Shown piece by piece: positions 25,337 to 34,796 of a stretch of 64,000 nucleotides of DNA (positions within the stretch are counted from its first letter, which is position 1; every line of letters begins with the position of its first letter). Below the pieces are notes generated by a model. The model saw only the letters and a list, made by a program, of their open reading frames with translations. It was not told the origin of the DNA and did no database searches. Origin of the DNA: Gemmatimonadales bacterium (GTDB lineage: Bacteria; Gemmatimonadota; Gemmatimonadetes; Gemmatimonadales; GWC2-71-9); NCBI GenBank assembly GCA_039794085.1, contig JBDIWC010000004.1:32001-96000 (forward strand), given 5' to 3'. A program made the position numbers and the translations under genes.

Positions 25337-27921
25337 CCGACGGGATCCGGATCCCTCCCCGGGATCATCACCTTCCCCCCGATCCTGACGCCTATCGCAC
25401 CTCGCGGGGCCCCCGAGGCCGCGTCATCGTCATCGCCCCGACCCGGGCCGCGTGCGAAACCATCGAGCTCGCCCTGGGCTCCGACCGCGAGACGGTTCTC
25501 TCCCGCGACCATGGCGAGACCCTCGAGACATGGAGCCGGGCCGGGACGCCCTTCGGCATCGTGGCGGGCACCGGGACGGGGAAGACCCTCGGCATCCGGC
25601 TGATCGCCCAGGCGTGGTTGGGGGAGAGTCTGGTGTACGGTGTCGTGAACCGGGAACGGGAGGCGACTCCGGACACCCCCTCCTGGAACGTGGTGGTGGT
25701 CACGACCGGCATCGCCCGGCGGTGGCTCCAGGATGACCTCATCACCGGTCACGACACCCTGATCGTGGACGAGATCCACCAGACCTCGGCGGAGCTGGAG
25801 CTCTGTCTCGCTCTGGGGAAGCGGGTCGGATGCCGGTTCGTCTGGCTCAGCGCCACGGTGGATCCCGCCTTTTATTCCCGGTATCTCGGCAGCCGGGAGG
25901 TTCTCCTCACCAGCGCCTTCGATCCCGAGCGTCGCGCACGGGTGGATGTGATGCCTCAGCAACCGGAGGAGTTTCTCGACGACCGGACCATCCGGCGGTT
26001 CATTCGAGAGCGCCGGGGAGTGGCGGTGTTCGTCCCGACCCGCGCGGAGGTGGAGCGGCTGGCCAGCGACCTGCAGGCCCGGTGGCCCCGGTTGCACAGC
26101 GCCTTCTACCATGGGGGACAGCCGATCCGGATCATCCGTCCCTTTCTGACGGGCGAGGTGGAGCGCCCCTACCTGCTGGCCATGACGGCGGCGGGCCAAT
26201 CGGCCTTGAACCTTCCCGATCTCGACACGGTGGTCATCTACGACGCGCGGTACGGCAACGTGGTGGAGCGTGGGCGCAATGTTCTGCACCGGCTCTACCT
26301 CGGCGCCAACGAAATCCTGCAGATGGCGGGCCGGGTGCATGGCCGGGTGGAGGGGGGGATCGTCACGATCCTGTCCGACCGGGATCTCGATTTCGATTCC
26401 TTGCGCCCGACACCGCCGGAATTCCAGCTCGCGGGGGACGCCGAACGGGTGGCCCTGACCTGTGCCGCGATCGGCGTGGATGCCACGGACCTCGATCTGC
26501 CGGTCCCCCTGGACCGGGCGGCGTATCGGAATGCGGTGACGCGGCTTACCGAGCGGGGCATCGTGTCCGAGGGTCGGCTGACGGAGTATGGACACGCGGT
26601 GGAGGCGATGCCGGTGGAGCGTCCCTGGGCCGAACTGCTGGTGCAGGCCCGGGGGGAGATCCTTCCGGTCGTCGCGGTGGTGGCGAACGTGGACTCGCTG
26701 CATCGGATGACCCGCGACGACCGGGACCTGACGGGGGTGGTGGTCAAGGGGAGCGACCACCTCACGACCTACAACCTCTACGCCGAGGCCTTGAACCGCC
26801 ATGGACGGGTGGGCGAAGTCTACGGGCTGCCCCGGCACCTCTTCTCGGAGGAGATGGAGGCGTGGGCGGAGGAACGCGGGGTGCTGGTGAAGGCGATCGA
26901 GGACATCGCCCTGGGAGTGGCGAGTGTGTACCGCTCCCTTGAATTGCCGCTCCCGCCCACGATGGCCTATGTGAGCCGGGATCATCGCGAAGCCTGGGCG
27001 GAGCTGCTCGCTCAGGTGATGCCCCTCGACCTGGCGATCGACGAACGTCTGGCGGACGGGACCGAGGCCCGTGTGGGGAAGACCTCGGTGGCGGGAAGTT
27101 GGGGGCCGGTGGCGGGCACGGTGCGGTTCTTTGCCGACCGGTTCGGTCATGCCCGTGCCTCCATCGACGGTACGACACTGGAGTACGCCCGCATCCGCCG
27201 CCATGCCGTCCGGTCGGAGGCGATCCTGGAGGTCATGGGAATGCGATCCCATCAGCAACTGGGGATCCGCCGCACGATCACCTATCATGGGTTTGAACTG
27301 GAAAGTGTGGTGGAGCCGGTGCGCGGCGCTCTGTCGCCGGAGCAGCGGGCCACCCTCCCCGATGTGCTTGCCCGGGCGCTGGTGAACGGCGAGACCGCCC
27401 ACCCTGACCAGGGGGCGATCCGGAGGGCGCTCAAGGATCTGCGGGATCTCCATGCCCGGTCGGGGGGAACGTTGAGCGCGGCGGCCCCCGAAGCCCTGGT
27501 GGAGAGGATTCGGTCACAGCTCCAGGGCGTGACCGGGTGGCCGCATTTTCTGAAGACCCGGATTGTCTTCGATCCCGTGCAGATCGTGCCAGACGACCTA
27601 CGGGAGGAATTCCGGGCCCTGCCCAGTGCGGTCCGCCTCCGGGGAGACATGGTTCCCCTCGTCTACCGCTTCCACTCCGGGGAACCGGTGGTCGTTCTCC
27701 AGCTCCGCGAGGGGCAGGTGCGCCAACTCACCCTGGCGGAGATCCCCCCGCTGGACCGTCCTCTCCGATTTGCGGTGTCGCGAAGCCATGCCCCCGACCT
27801 CGAGGCCGATACCCTTCCGGCCCTGCGGGACCTTCTCTCCCGTGAACGAAATCCGAAGGAACGGGTCCGGTCCGGCAAGGGACGACGCACCGACCGGCGT
27901 CCCCCCCGTCGTCGTCGCTGA
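25333..27921 (+). CDS. DEAH-box (HrpB-like) SF2 helicase
   Basis: GTGTGKT, DEIH, SAT, FVPTR, QMAGRVHGR; TTG start overlaps the upstream TGA. Confidence 0.88.
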   Translation: MTDGIRIPPRDHHLPPDPDAYRTSRGPRGRVIVIAPTRAACETIELALGSDRETVLSRDHGETLETWSRAGTPFGIVAGTGTGKTLGIRLIAQAWLGESLVYGVVNREREATPDTPSWNVVVVTTGIARRWLQDDLITGHDTLIVDEIHQTSAELELCLALGKRVGCRFVWLSATVDPAFYSRYLGSREVLLTSAFDPERRARVDVMPQQPEEFLDDRTIRRFIRERRGVAVFVPTRAEVERLASDLQARWPRLHSAFYHGGQPIRIIRPFLTGEVERPYLLAMTAAGQSALNLPDLDTVVIYDARYGNVVERGRNVLHRLYLGANEILQMAGRVHGRVEGGIVTILSDRDLDFDSLRPTPPEFQLAGDAERVALTCAAIGVDATDLDLPVPLDRAAYRNAVTRLTERGIVSEGRLTEYGHAVEAMPVERPWAELLVQARGEILPVVAVVANVDSLHRMTRDDRDLTGVVVKGSDHLTTYNLYAEALNRHGRVGEVYGLPRHLFSEEMEAWAEERGVLVKAIEDIALGVASVYRSLELPLPPTMAYVSRDHREAWAELLAQVMPLDLAIDERLADGTEARVGKTSVAGSWGPVAGTVRFFADRFGHARASIDGTTLEYARIRRHAVRSEAILEVMGMRSHQQLGIRRTITYHGFELESVVEPVRGALSPEQRATLPDVLARALVNGETAHPDQGAIRRALKDLRDLHARSGGTLSAAAPEALVERIRSQLQGVTGWPHFLKTRIVFDPVQIVPDDLREEFRALPSAVRLRGDMVPLVYRFHSGEPVVVLQLREGQVRQLTLAEIPPLDRPLRFAVSRSHAPDLEADTLPALRDLLSRERNPKERVRSGKGRRTDRRPPRRRR

Positions 27922-27939
27922 CCGGGCCCCCACTCCGGG

Positions 27940-29037
27940 TCACTCGGACGGGGGGGGGAACACCAGGTCGCGGGTGATTTCATCGAGCTGGGTGGCCCCG
28001 CAGAGGGCCATCGCCGTGTCGAGTTCGGCGCGCAGCATCTCGAGGACTCGCGAGGCCCCCGGGGCACCGTCGAGAGCCAGCCCCCACACCACGGCACGTC
28101 CGACGAGGACGGCCCGCGCCCCGAGAGCCAGGGCCTTCAGGACATCGGTACCGCGGCGGATCCCGCCGTCCACGTAGACTTCCCCGCGATCGCCCACCGC
28201 GGAAACAACCTCCGGCAAGGCCCGTGGCGCCGGAACGGCCCCGTCGAGCTGCCGGCCACCATGATTGGAGACAATGATGCCGGCGGCGCCCAGGTCCATG
28301 GCCCGGGCTGCGTCATCCCCACGGAGTACTCCCTTGAGGAGGAGGGGCAGGCCGGACAGGTTCCGCAGCCATTCGAGATCCTTCCAGGAGAGTGAGGGCT
28401 CCCGAAGGCCCTGATGGAAGGCGGCCAGTCCCGATTCGCCCGCGTGCCCCTGCCCGACCTCGGGTTCGGGAATCGTGAAGTTGCCCAGCCGGAACTCCGG
28501 AGGAAGGCTGAAGGCGTTCCGCGCGTCCCGTTCCCGCCGCCCCAGGACCGGAACATCGACCGTGAGCACGAGGGCGGTGTATCCCGCAGCCTCGGCGCGC
28601 CGGACCAGGCCTTCGGTCAATCCCCGGTCCCGGTGGACGTAGAGTTGGAACCAGCGGGGGCCGGGCGCTGCGTCCCGCACCGCTTCCAGGGAGCGGGTGG
28701 AAAAGGTGCTCAGAATCATCGGGACTCCCGCCGCGGTGGCGGCCTGTGCCATGCCGAGTTCTCCCTCCGGATGGGCGAGGGCCTGGAATCCGGTGGGGGC
28801 GATGAGCACGGGCATCGTGGCCGGGTCGCCAAGCAGGGTGGTGCTGAGGTCGCGTGTCGTGACGTCCACCAGCATGCGAGGCCGGAGGAAGAGGGTCTCG
28901 AAGGCCTCACGGTTGGCTCGCAGCGTCACCTCGTCTTCCGCCCCTCCCGCGAAGTAATCGACCACCTCGCGGGGAAGCCGCTCCCGCGCGGCGGCCTCGA
29001 CGTCCGCCAGGTTGAGGAGGACCGGTGCTCGGGTCAT
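27940..29037 (-). CDS. FMN-dependent alpha-hydroxy acid oxidase
   Basis: APTG, WFQLY, LTVD, SNHGGRQLD, DGGIRRG. Confidence 0.95.
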   Translation of the reverse strand: MTRAPVLLNLADVEAAARERLPREVVDYFAGGAEDEVTLRANREAFETLFLRPRMLVDVTTRDLSTTLLGDPATMPVLIAPTGFQALAHPEGELGMAQAATAAGVPMILSTFSTRSLEAVRDAAPGPRWFQLYVHRDRGLTEGLVRRAEAAGYTALVLTVDVPVLGRRERDARNAFSLPPEFRLGNFTIPEPEVGQGHAGESGLAAFHQGLREPSLSWKDLEWLRNLSGLPLLLKGVLRGDDAARAMDLGAAGIIVSNHGGRQLDGAVPAPRALPEVVSAVGDRGEVYVDGGIRRGTDVLKALALGARAVLVGRAVVWGLALDGAPGASRVLEMLRAELDTAMALCGATQLDEITRDLVFPPPSE

Positions 29038-30176
29038 GGCGCCAGGGCTCCCGTCACCCGCGTCATGAACTCGTTCACCGCCCGCGGGTCCATCCACCGG
29101 ACCACGGCCACCACGTCGTTTTCGGGGTCGATCCAGATCACGTTTCCTCCACCTCCCAAGGCAAAGAAGCTGGAGGCACTCGCCCCGGGGTACTGCGCGC
29201 GGCCGGTGTTGAGCCACCAGAGGTAGCCATACGTCGGTCGAAGCGGAACCGGGGTGGTCATCGCCTCGATCCAGCCGGGTGACAGAATCTGTCGCGAGCC
29301 CCAGTGTCCCCGACGGAGCATGAGAAGCCCGACCCGCGCCAGGTCGCGGGTGCTGATCCAGAGTCCGCCGCCCCAGTGTCCCCCTCCGCTCACCGACTGC
29401 ACACGTGTCCCGCCCAGGGTGACCCAGCTGCTGTCATAACCGTGCCAGACCCACTCTTCAGAGGCCCCGATCGGATCCATCAGTTCCTCCCGGAGAAACT
29501 GAGGCAGGGGGCGGCCGATTGCCTGGAGGAGAGCGTGGGAGGTGCGGTTGACCCGCACGTCGTTGTACTCCCAGAACGTCCCGGGAGGCTGCAGCTCCCG
29601 GTCCCGCCCGGCCCGCCGGTCGGCCACGTCCGGCTTGCCCCAGAGCGTCCCGTTCCATTCGCTGGTCTGGGTCAGAAAGTGATGCCAGGTGATGCTCCCG
29701 TTGTGTGGCCCGCGCAGGTCGGGATCGTCGATCTGCGCCGACACCGGGGCGTGCAGGTCACGGAGGAGGCCGCGGTCCACGGCGAGACCGGCCACGAGAG
29801 ACAGGAAACTCTTGGTGACGCTGAAGGTCATGTCCACCCGCCGGGTGTCCCCCCATTCGGCGATGATCTGACCGTGGCGCAGTATGAGGCCGTTGGTGCC
29901 CCCCCGGGGGGCGACCGGGCCGATCAGCTCGGGGAAGGGTTCGTTCACATGCATCTGGTCGAGCTGTGCGCCCAGGTCCCGGGACCAGGCGATCTCGCGG
30001 CTCCGGGCGAAGCCGACGGCGGCGGCGAGCCGCTCGGCGTCGAATCCCGCCCGGGCCGGAGTGCGGACTTCCCAGCTCTCGCCCCGCGGGGGGACGTACG
30101 AGGTCTGTGCCGTCAGGGGTTGGGAGCTGACGGCCAGGAGGAGGGAGAGCAACGATCGATGACGCAAGGATGGCAC
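29034..30176 (-). CDS. Secreted serine hydrolase (beta-lactamase/NylB-like)
   Basis: Signal peptide; SVTK (SxxK), YND, YGYLWW. Confidence 0.9.
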   Translation of the reverse strand: MPSLRHRSLLSLLLAVSSQPLTAQTSYVPPRGESWEVRTPARAGFDAERLAAAVGFARSREIAWSRDLGAQLDQMHVNEPFPELIGPVAPRGGTNGLILRHGQIIAEWGDTRRVDMTFSVTKSFLSLVAGLAVDRGLLRDLHAPVSAQIDDPDLRGPHNGSITWHHFLTQTSEWNGTLWGKPDVADRRAGRDRELQPPGTFWEYNDVRVNRTSHALLQAIGRPLPQFLREELMDPIGASEEWVWHGYDSSWVTLGGTRVQSVSGGGHWGGGLWISTRDLARVGLLMLRRGHWGSRQILSPGWIEAMTTPVPLRPTYGYLWWLNTGRAQYPGASASSFFALGGGGNVIWIDPENDVVAVVRWMDPRAVNEFMTRVTGALAP

Positions 30177-30322
30177 GGGGTTCTCCGTGAGGGTTGAGGG
30201 ACGCTAATGGGGTGAGGGGCACTCGTCCAGCGTCGCGCTTGCCCGGTGTCGGTCATGGGGACAGACTTCCCCGGGCGGGGATCTCCCGCCGCCCTCGTCA
30301 CCCGCGCCCCAGGACGTCCCGC

Positions 30323-30949
30323 GTGAACCATCGTCCCTTCTTCATCGGTGTCGTCGGGGGATCGGGTTCCGGCAAGACTACCGTGGCCCGATCGATTTGC
30401 GACGGGCTGCCCGTCGAGGCCGCTCTTCTGGACCAGGACGCGTACTACCGCGACCTGGCCCACCTCACCCTGGAGGAGCGGAGGAAGGTCAACTACGATC
30501 ACCCGGACGCCTTCGACACCGACCTCCTGGTGGCGCACCTCGAAGCCCTCGCCCGGGGCGAACCGATCCAGAAGCCCGCCTACGATTACGCCGCGCATAC
30601 CCGGGCCGACTACAGCATTCTGGTGGAGCCGAAGGATGCCGTGCTGGTGGACGGGATCCTGCTCTTTTCCGACGCCCGGCTCCGCGACCTGTTCGACATC
30701 CGGATCTATGTGGACGTCTCCGAGGATATCCGCTTCATCCGGCGGCTGCAGCGCGACATCCAGGAGAGGGGACGCGAGGTGGACGACGTGGTGCGCCAGT
30801 ATCTGGCCACGGTCCGGCCGATGCACCATGAGTTCGTGGAACCCTCGAAGCGTCACGCCCATGTGATCATCCCGGAAGGGGGTCACAACCGGATCGGAGT
30901 GGAGATGGTCCGGGCGAGGGTGCTGATGGAGATTGCAAACAGGCGGTAG
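30323..30949 (+). CDS. udk: Uridine kinase
   Basis: GGSGSGKTT, QDAYY, NYDHPDAFD, RRLQRD, PMHHEFVEPSK. Confidence 0.95.
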   Translation: MNHRPFFIGVVGGSGSGKTTVARSICDGLPVEAALLDQDAYYRDLAHLTLEERRKVNYDHPDAFDTDLLVAHLEALARGEPIQKPAYDYAAHTRADYSILVEPKDAVLVDGILLFSDARLRDLFDIRIYVDVSEDIRFIRRLQRDIQERGREVDDVVRQYLATVRPMHHEFVEPSKRHAHVIIPEGGHNRIGVEMVRARVLMEIANRR

Positions 30950-30975
30950 GCGGTAGGCGGTAGGTGGTAGGCGGC
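30941..30975 (+). repeat. Heptamer tandem array (AGGCGGT)n supplying the udk stop codon
   Basis: aggcggt x3, aggtggt, aggcggc; same unit as 3872-3895. Confidence 0.88.
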
Positions 30976-31011
30976 GGCGTGGCGATCGATCATTCTCCCG
31001 GGAGGCTGGAA

Positions 31012-31992
31012 GTGGACGCCAGGTCAGGGCTCCATGAGCGTGGCATCCCACGGCGCCTGGTTACGCGATTTGCCCCGAGTCCCACGGGGGAGTTGCACCT
31101 GGGTCACGCGGCCCATCTGCTCTGGGTCTGGGGGATCGCCCGGGCGCTGGAGGGAACGATCCTGCTCCGGATGGAGGATCACGATCGGGGGCGCTGCCGC
31201 CGCGAGTACGAACAGTCCATCCTCGACGACCTCCGCTGGCTCGGTCTGACCCCGGATCACCCTGATCTCGACACGGTGGCGTCTCCCGGTCCCTCTCCCT
31301 GGCGGCAGAGCGATTGCCCGGACGTGTATGCCGAGGCACTGGAGACCCTGCGAGGGGTGACCGCGGTGTATGGATGCGACTGTACCCGGTCCACCATGGC
31401 CGAGGAGGGGACCGCGGAGGAGCGTGGCGAAGTGCGCCACCCCGACTCCTGCCGGTGGCGGAATCGCTCCTGGGTTCCGGGTATGGGGATCCGCGTCGCC
31501 CTGCCGGAGGAAACCGTCCCCGCGCACGACCTGCGGCTCGGCCCCCTGTACCAGACACCCTCTCGCCAATGCGGCGACCTGCTCGCGCGGGACGCGCGCG
31601 GACAGTGGACCTATCAATTCTCTGTCGCGGTGGACGACCTCCGTCAGGGAGTCACCCTGGTCATCCGCGGGGAGGATCTCGTCGAGTCCACGGGGCGCCA
31701 GGTCCTGCTGGCCCGCTTGTTGGGTCGGTCTCATCCCCCCGTCTTCCTGCACCACCCTCTCCTCCGGGACGCCACCGGAGCGAAGCTCAGCAAGCGGATC
31801 CGGTCCACGACGCTCTCCTCTCTGCGGGCGGGAGGGGAGTCTCCGGAATCGGTGCTGGGCCGGGCCGCCCAGGCCACCGGGCTGCAGGAGAGTGCTGATC
31901 CGCTGTCCCCGTCCGACGTCGTCCCGCTCTTTCGTGCGTGGCTGGGGGCCGGTCAGCGGCCTCCCGAGGCGGCGGGAGATGGTGGGGCGTAG
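31012..31992 (+). CDS. gluQ: Glutamyl-Q tRNA(Asp) synthetase
   Basis: RFAPSPTGELHLGH, LRMED, YGCDCTR, IRGEDL, KLSKR; short, no anticodon domain. Confidence 0.88.
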   Translation: MDARSGLHERGIPRRLVTRFAPSPTGELHLGHAAHLLWVWGIARALEGTILLRMEDHDRGRCRREYEQSILDDLRWLGLTPDHPDLDTVASPGPSPWRQSDCPDVYAEALETLRGVTAVYGCDCTRSTMAEEGTAEERGEVRHPDSCRWRNRSWVPGMGIRVALPEETVPAHDLRLGPLYQTPSRQCGDLLARDARGQWTYQFSVAVDDLRQGVTLVIRGEDLVESTGRQVLLARLLGRSHPPVFLHHPLLRDATGAKLSKRIRSTTLSSLRAGGESPESVLGRAAQATGLQESADPLSPSDVVPLFRAWLGAGQRPPEAAGDGGA

Positions 31993-34256
31993 AGGTCCCG
32001 ATAGATCCCGAAGTTCTGCATCACCCGGCGCACATAGTCCCGGGTTTCGACAAAGGGAATGCGTTCGACGAAGACCAGCGGATCGTCGGTGCCGGGCTTG
32101 GTGACCCACCGCTCCACCCGCTGAAGCCCCGCGTTGTACGCGGCGAGGGCCCGGTACCGATCGGGCACCAGGGTGAGGACATCGCGCAGGTGGCCCATGC
32201 CGAAGGCGAGGCTCACCTCGGGCTGATAGAGCATCACCACGTCCCATTCCCCGATGCCCCGTTCCCGGGCCAGGGTCCGGCCCAGCGCCGGCATGACCTG
32301 CATGAGCCCCCGGGCATCGGCCACCGACCGGGCGAGGGGATCAAAGGCCGATTCCTGCCGGATCAGAGCGGACACCAGAAAGGGGTCGACCTTCGCGGCA
32401 CGAGCTTCCCGTTCCAGCACGTCACGCCAGGGAAGCGGATACTGAAGAAGGGCAAGGGCCCGGGTGCGGGGTGCCCCACGGGCCACTGCCCGTTGCGCCA
32501 GACGCGCGCCGATGGCGGGGAAACCGGCCTGGGCAAAGGAGCGCCCGGTCGAGAGGATCTCGGCCGCGGACGCACCGGCGTTTCGTTCCAGGGCGGCTCG
32601 CTCGAATCCGGCCTCGGTCGTGAGTCCCACGGCGTCCAGTTGACGGGCCCGTTCGAGGATGCGGTCCGCTGCGGGGGAAGGATCGATGGGGGGGCCCTCG
32701 GTCAGGCGCCAGGCCGGCTGTCCCAGTTCCTCCGCGGCCAGTCGAACGTAGAAGCTCCCGTCGGCGGGCGCGGCCAGAGTGCGCCAGAGGGCGCGGGCTC
32801 CGGCGGTGTCTCCCAGGGCCATGCGGGACCGGCCGGCCCACCAGAACGCGGCGGCCCGTTCTCCGGTCCCCGGGCGCTCCGCCAGCGAGGCGAATTCGGT
32901 CGCCGCGCTCTGATGGTCCCCCGCCACGAAGGCGAGGAGCGCTGCACGGAAGTGTGCCTGGTCGGCAAAGCGACTGTCGGGATACTCCCGCCCCACCCGG
33001 AGAAAGAGCTCCCGGGCGCTGCTGTCTCGGCCAGCGTCCGTTTCCAGATCCGCCGTGAGGTAGATCGCGCTGGACGCCGCGTCCACGTCGGGGGGGAAAT
33101 CGCGGATGACCTCCTGGAGGGCCTGACGAGCTCGGCCCGCCGCTCCGGCCCGGAGGATCGCTCGGCCTCTCTGGTACATCGCCCGGCCTCGATACACCGA
33201 GTCCCGCACGAGCGCGAGCTGGGGGATTGCCCGCTCCTCACGTCCCAATCGGACCAGGAGGTTTCCGAAGGCGAACCGGTCGGCGTCAGTGAGGAGGCCG
33301 GCCGCCGCGGCCCGCTCATACCCGGCGGCGGCCCGTTCCCCCAGCCCGACCTCTCCCGCCCGCCGGGCAATGCGCAACTCCTCCGAGTGCGTCCGGGTGG
33401 GGAAAGCGAGGTCGAGCATCCCGATGGCGTCCCGGGCCTCGCTGACCGAACCATTGGGGGAGAGGATCGCCAGCAACTGCTGGCGGAGCGCGCCGCGGTC
33501 GGCCCCGGGGAGACGCAGACGGGCCTCGACCGCCCGGGTTACCGCTCCGAGTCGTTCGTACACCCGGGCGGCGCCCCCGAAATCCCTGGCACGATTGCGG
33601 GCGAGGGCCTCGGTCCAGTCGATCCGTTCCCGGGCCGCCGGGAGGGTAACACCACGATAGAGGTCCGCTCGTTGCGCACTGTCGGAGAGTGTGCCCGCGG
33701 CCCGGAGCGCCAGCCACTCGGCGAGTGCCGGCAGGTGATCGCGCGCCGCAAGATAGTGCGTGGCCGCCGAGTCGTGCCGCTCGATGCGTTCGAGGGCGCG
33801 AGCGAGGAGAACCATCCGCTCCCCCCGCACTGTGCTGTCGGCGGCACGGAGGGCCCGCCGCGCCGCGGCCACTGCCACGCTGTCCCGACGCTCGGCGAGG
33901 GCGGCCCGGGCGAGAAGGGCGTGACCATGCCCGCCGAAATCAAGGTCCAGCCAGGAGGCGCCGGAGAGAATCTGCCGGACCCGTGACCACCCCTGCCACC
34001 CTGCCGCCGCCTGGGCCGCCAGCAGATCCGACGCGGGGGAGCCCGGAGTCCGAGCCCGTACGCTGTCGAGAAGGAGGGTGGCTCTCCACGCGAATCCGGA
34101 ATCGAGGAGAGCCCGGGCGCGCTGCAATCCCGGATCCAGGAAACCCACCCGCCCCGGCTCGATGGCCTGGGCGCAGAGCTGCTGGTCGTGTCCTTGGGCC
34201 GGAGAAACGACCAGGAGCACCAGAGGCAGCAGGGTGGAGAGGAGGAAACGCAGCAC
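31953..34256 (-). CDS. Soluble lytic transglycosylase (Slt70-like, helical repeats + SLT domain)
   Basis: IRQESAF, ARGLMQ, AAYNAG, IPFVETRDYV; signal peptide. Confidence 0.92.
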   Translation of the reverse strand: MLRFLLSTLLPLVLLVVSPAQGHDQQLCAQAIEPGRVGFLDPGLQRARALLDSGFAWRATLLLDSVRARTPGSPASDLLAAQAAAGWQGWSRVRQILSGASWLDLDFGGHGHALLARAALAERRDSVAVAAARRALRAADSTVRGERMVLLARALERIERHDSAATHYLAARDHLPALAEWLALRAAGTLSDSAQRADLYRGVTLPAARERIDWTEALARNRARDFGGAARVYERLGAVTRAVEARLRLPGADRGALRQQLLAILSPNGSVSEARDAIGMLDLAFPTRTHSEELRIARRAGEVGLGERAAAGYERAAAAGLLTDADRFAFGNLLVRLGREERAIPQLALVRDSVYRGRAMYQRGRAILRAGAAGRARQALQEVIRDFPPDVDAASSAIYLTADLETDAGRDSSARELFLRVGREYPDSRFADQAHFRAALLAFVAGDHQSAATEFASLAERPGTGERAAAFWWAGRSRMALGDTAGARALWRTLAAPADGSFYVRLAAEELGQPAWRLTEGPPIDPSPAADRILERARQLDAVGLTTEAGFERAALERNAGASAAEILSTGRSFAQAGFPAIGARLAQRAVARGAPRTRALALLQYPLPWRDVLEREARAAKVDPFLVSALIRQESAFDPLARSVADARGLMQVMPALGRTLARERGIGEWDVVMLYQPEVSLAFGMGHLRDVLTLVPDRYRALAAYNAGLQRVERWVTKPGTDDPLVFVERIPFVETRDYVRRVMQNFGIYRDLYAPPSPAASGGR

Positions 34257-34332
34257 GAAACTCCCTGTGACGTGACGAGATGGTCAGCGGCAACCTCAAT
34301 CATAACCGGGAATCGAGGGGAGGGGGACAACG

Positions 34333-34362
34333 CCACACGGCCCGAAAGACCGGACCGTGTGG
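34333..34362 (-). terminator. Hairpin downstream of the small ORF
   Basis: ccacacgg...ccgtgtgg inverted repeat. Confidence 0.4.
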
Positions 34363-34382
34363 GGGAAGGGGCGAGCGGGGAT

Positions 34383-34580
34383 TCAGCGGGGAGGTTGCGC
34401 GGGTCTCCGTGTCAGGCGCGGGTGGGTGGGAGCCGAGGGACGACGGTCGAGCAACACGGTGCCTGCCCGCGGACCGGCCAGGACCGGCCCCTCGGGATGT
34501 CTGATAGTGCCGAGAGGGTGGCCGTTGTCTCCCACGACGGTGACGTGGGTGTGTTGTCGATCGTTCCTGAGCATGACCAT
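34383..34580 (-). CDS. Small hypothetical protein (65 aa)
   Basis: ATG preceded by GGAGAG, hairpin downstream; no recognisable domain. Confidence 0.4.
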   Translation of the reverse strand: MVMLRNDRQHTHVTVVGDNGHPLGTIRHPEGPVLAGPRAGTVLLDRRPSAPTHPRLTRRPAQPPR

Positions 34581-34796
34581 CGGTGTTCTCTCCGTGCTCC
34601 TCCGTGCCGATGGCACGGAGGTGTTCGTCCCTGTCCTTCCTGAGATGCACGAAACGCGCAAACCGTTGCGAAGAACGAGCGAGAGGATCGAGCCGGGACC
34701 GGGCGAGCCGTGTCGGCTTGCGTTTCGTCCCGTCCTGCGCCAACATCCGGTCAGCGACCCCGTCCCCGGGGGACTTCTCCGTCACCAGGTGCCGTT

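Noticed and set aside
31953..31992. 3' overlap of gluQ and slt (also csoR/MFS)
   Set aside because: Short convergent overlaps are common in GC-rich genomes
34655..34700. GCAAACCGTTGCGAAGAACG resembling c-di-GMP-I riboswitch P2
   Set aside because: No following GACGCAAAGC junction or P3 receptor; GNRA loop imperfect
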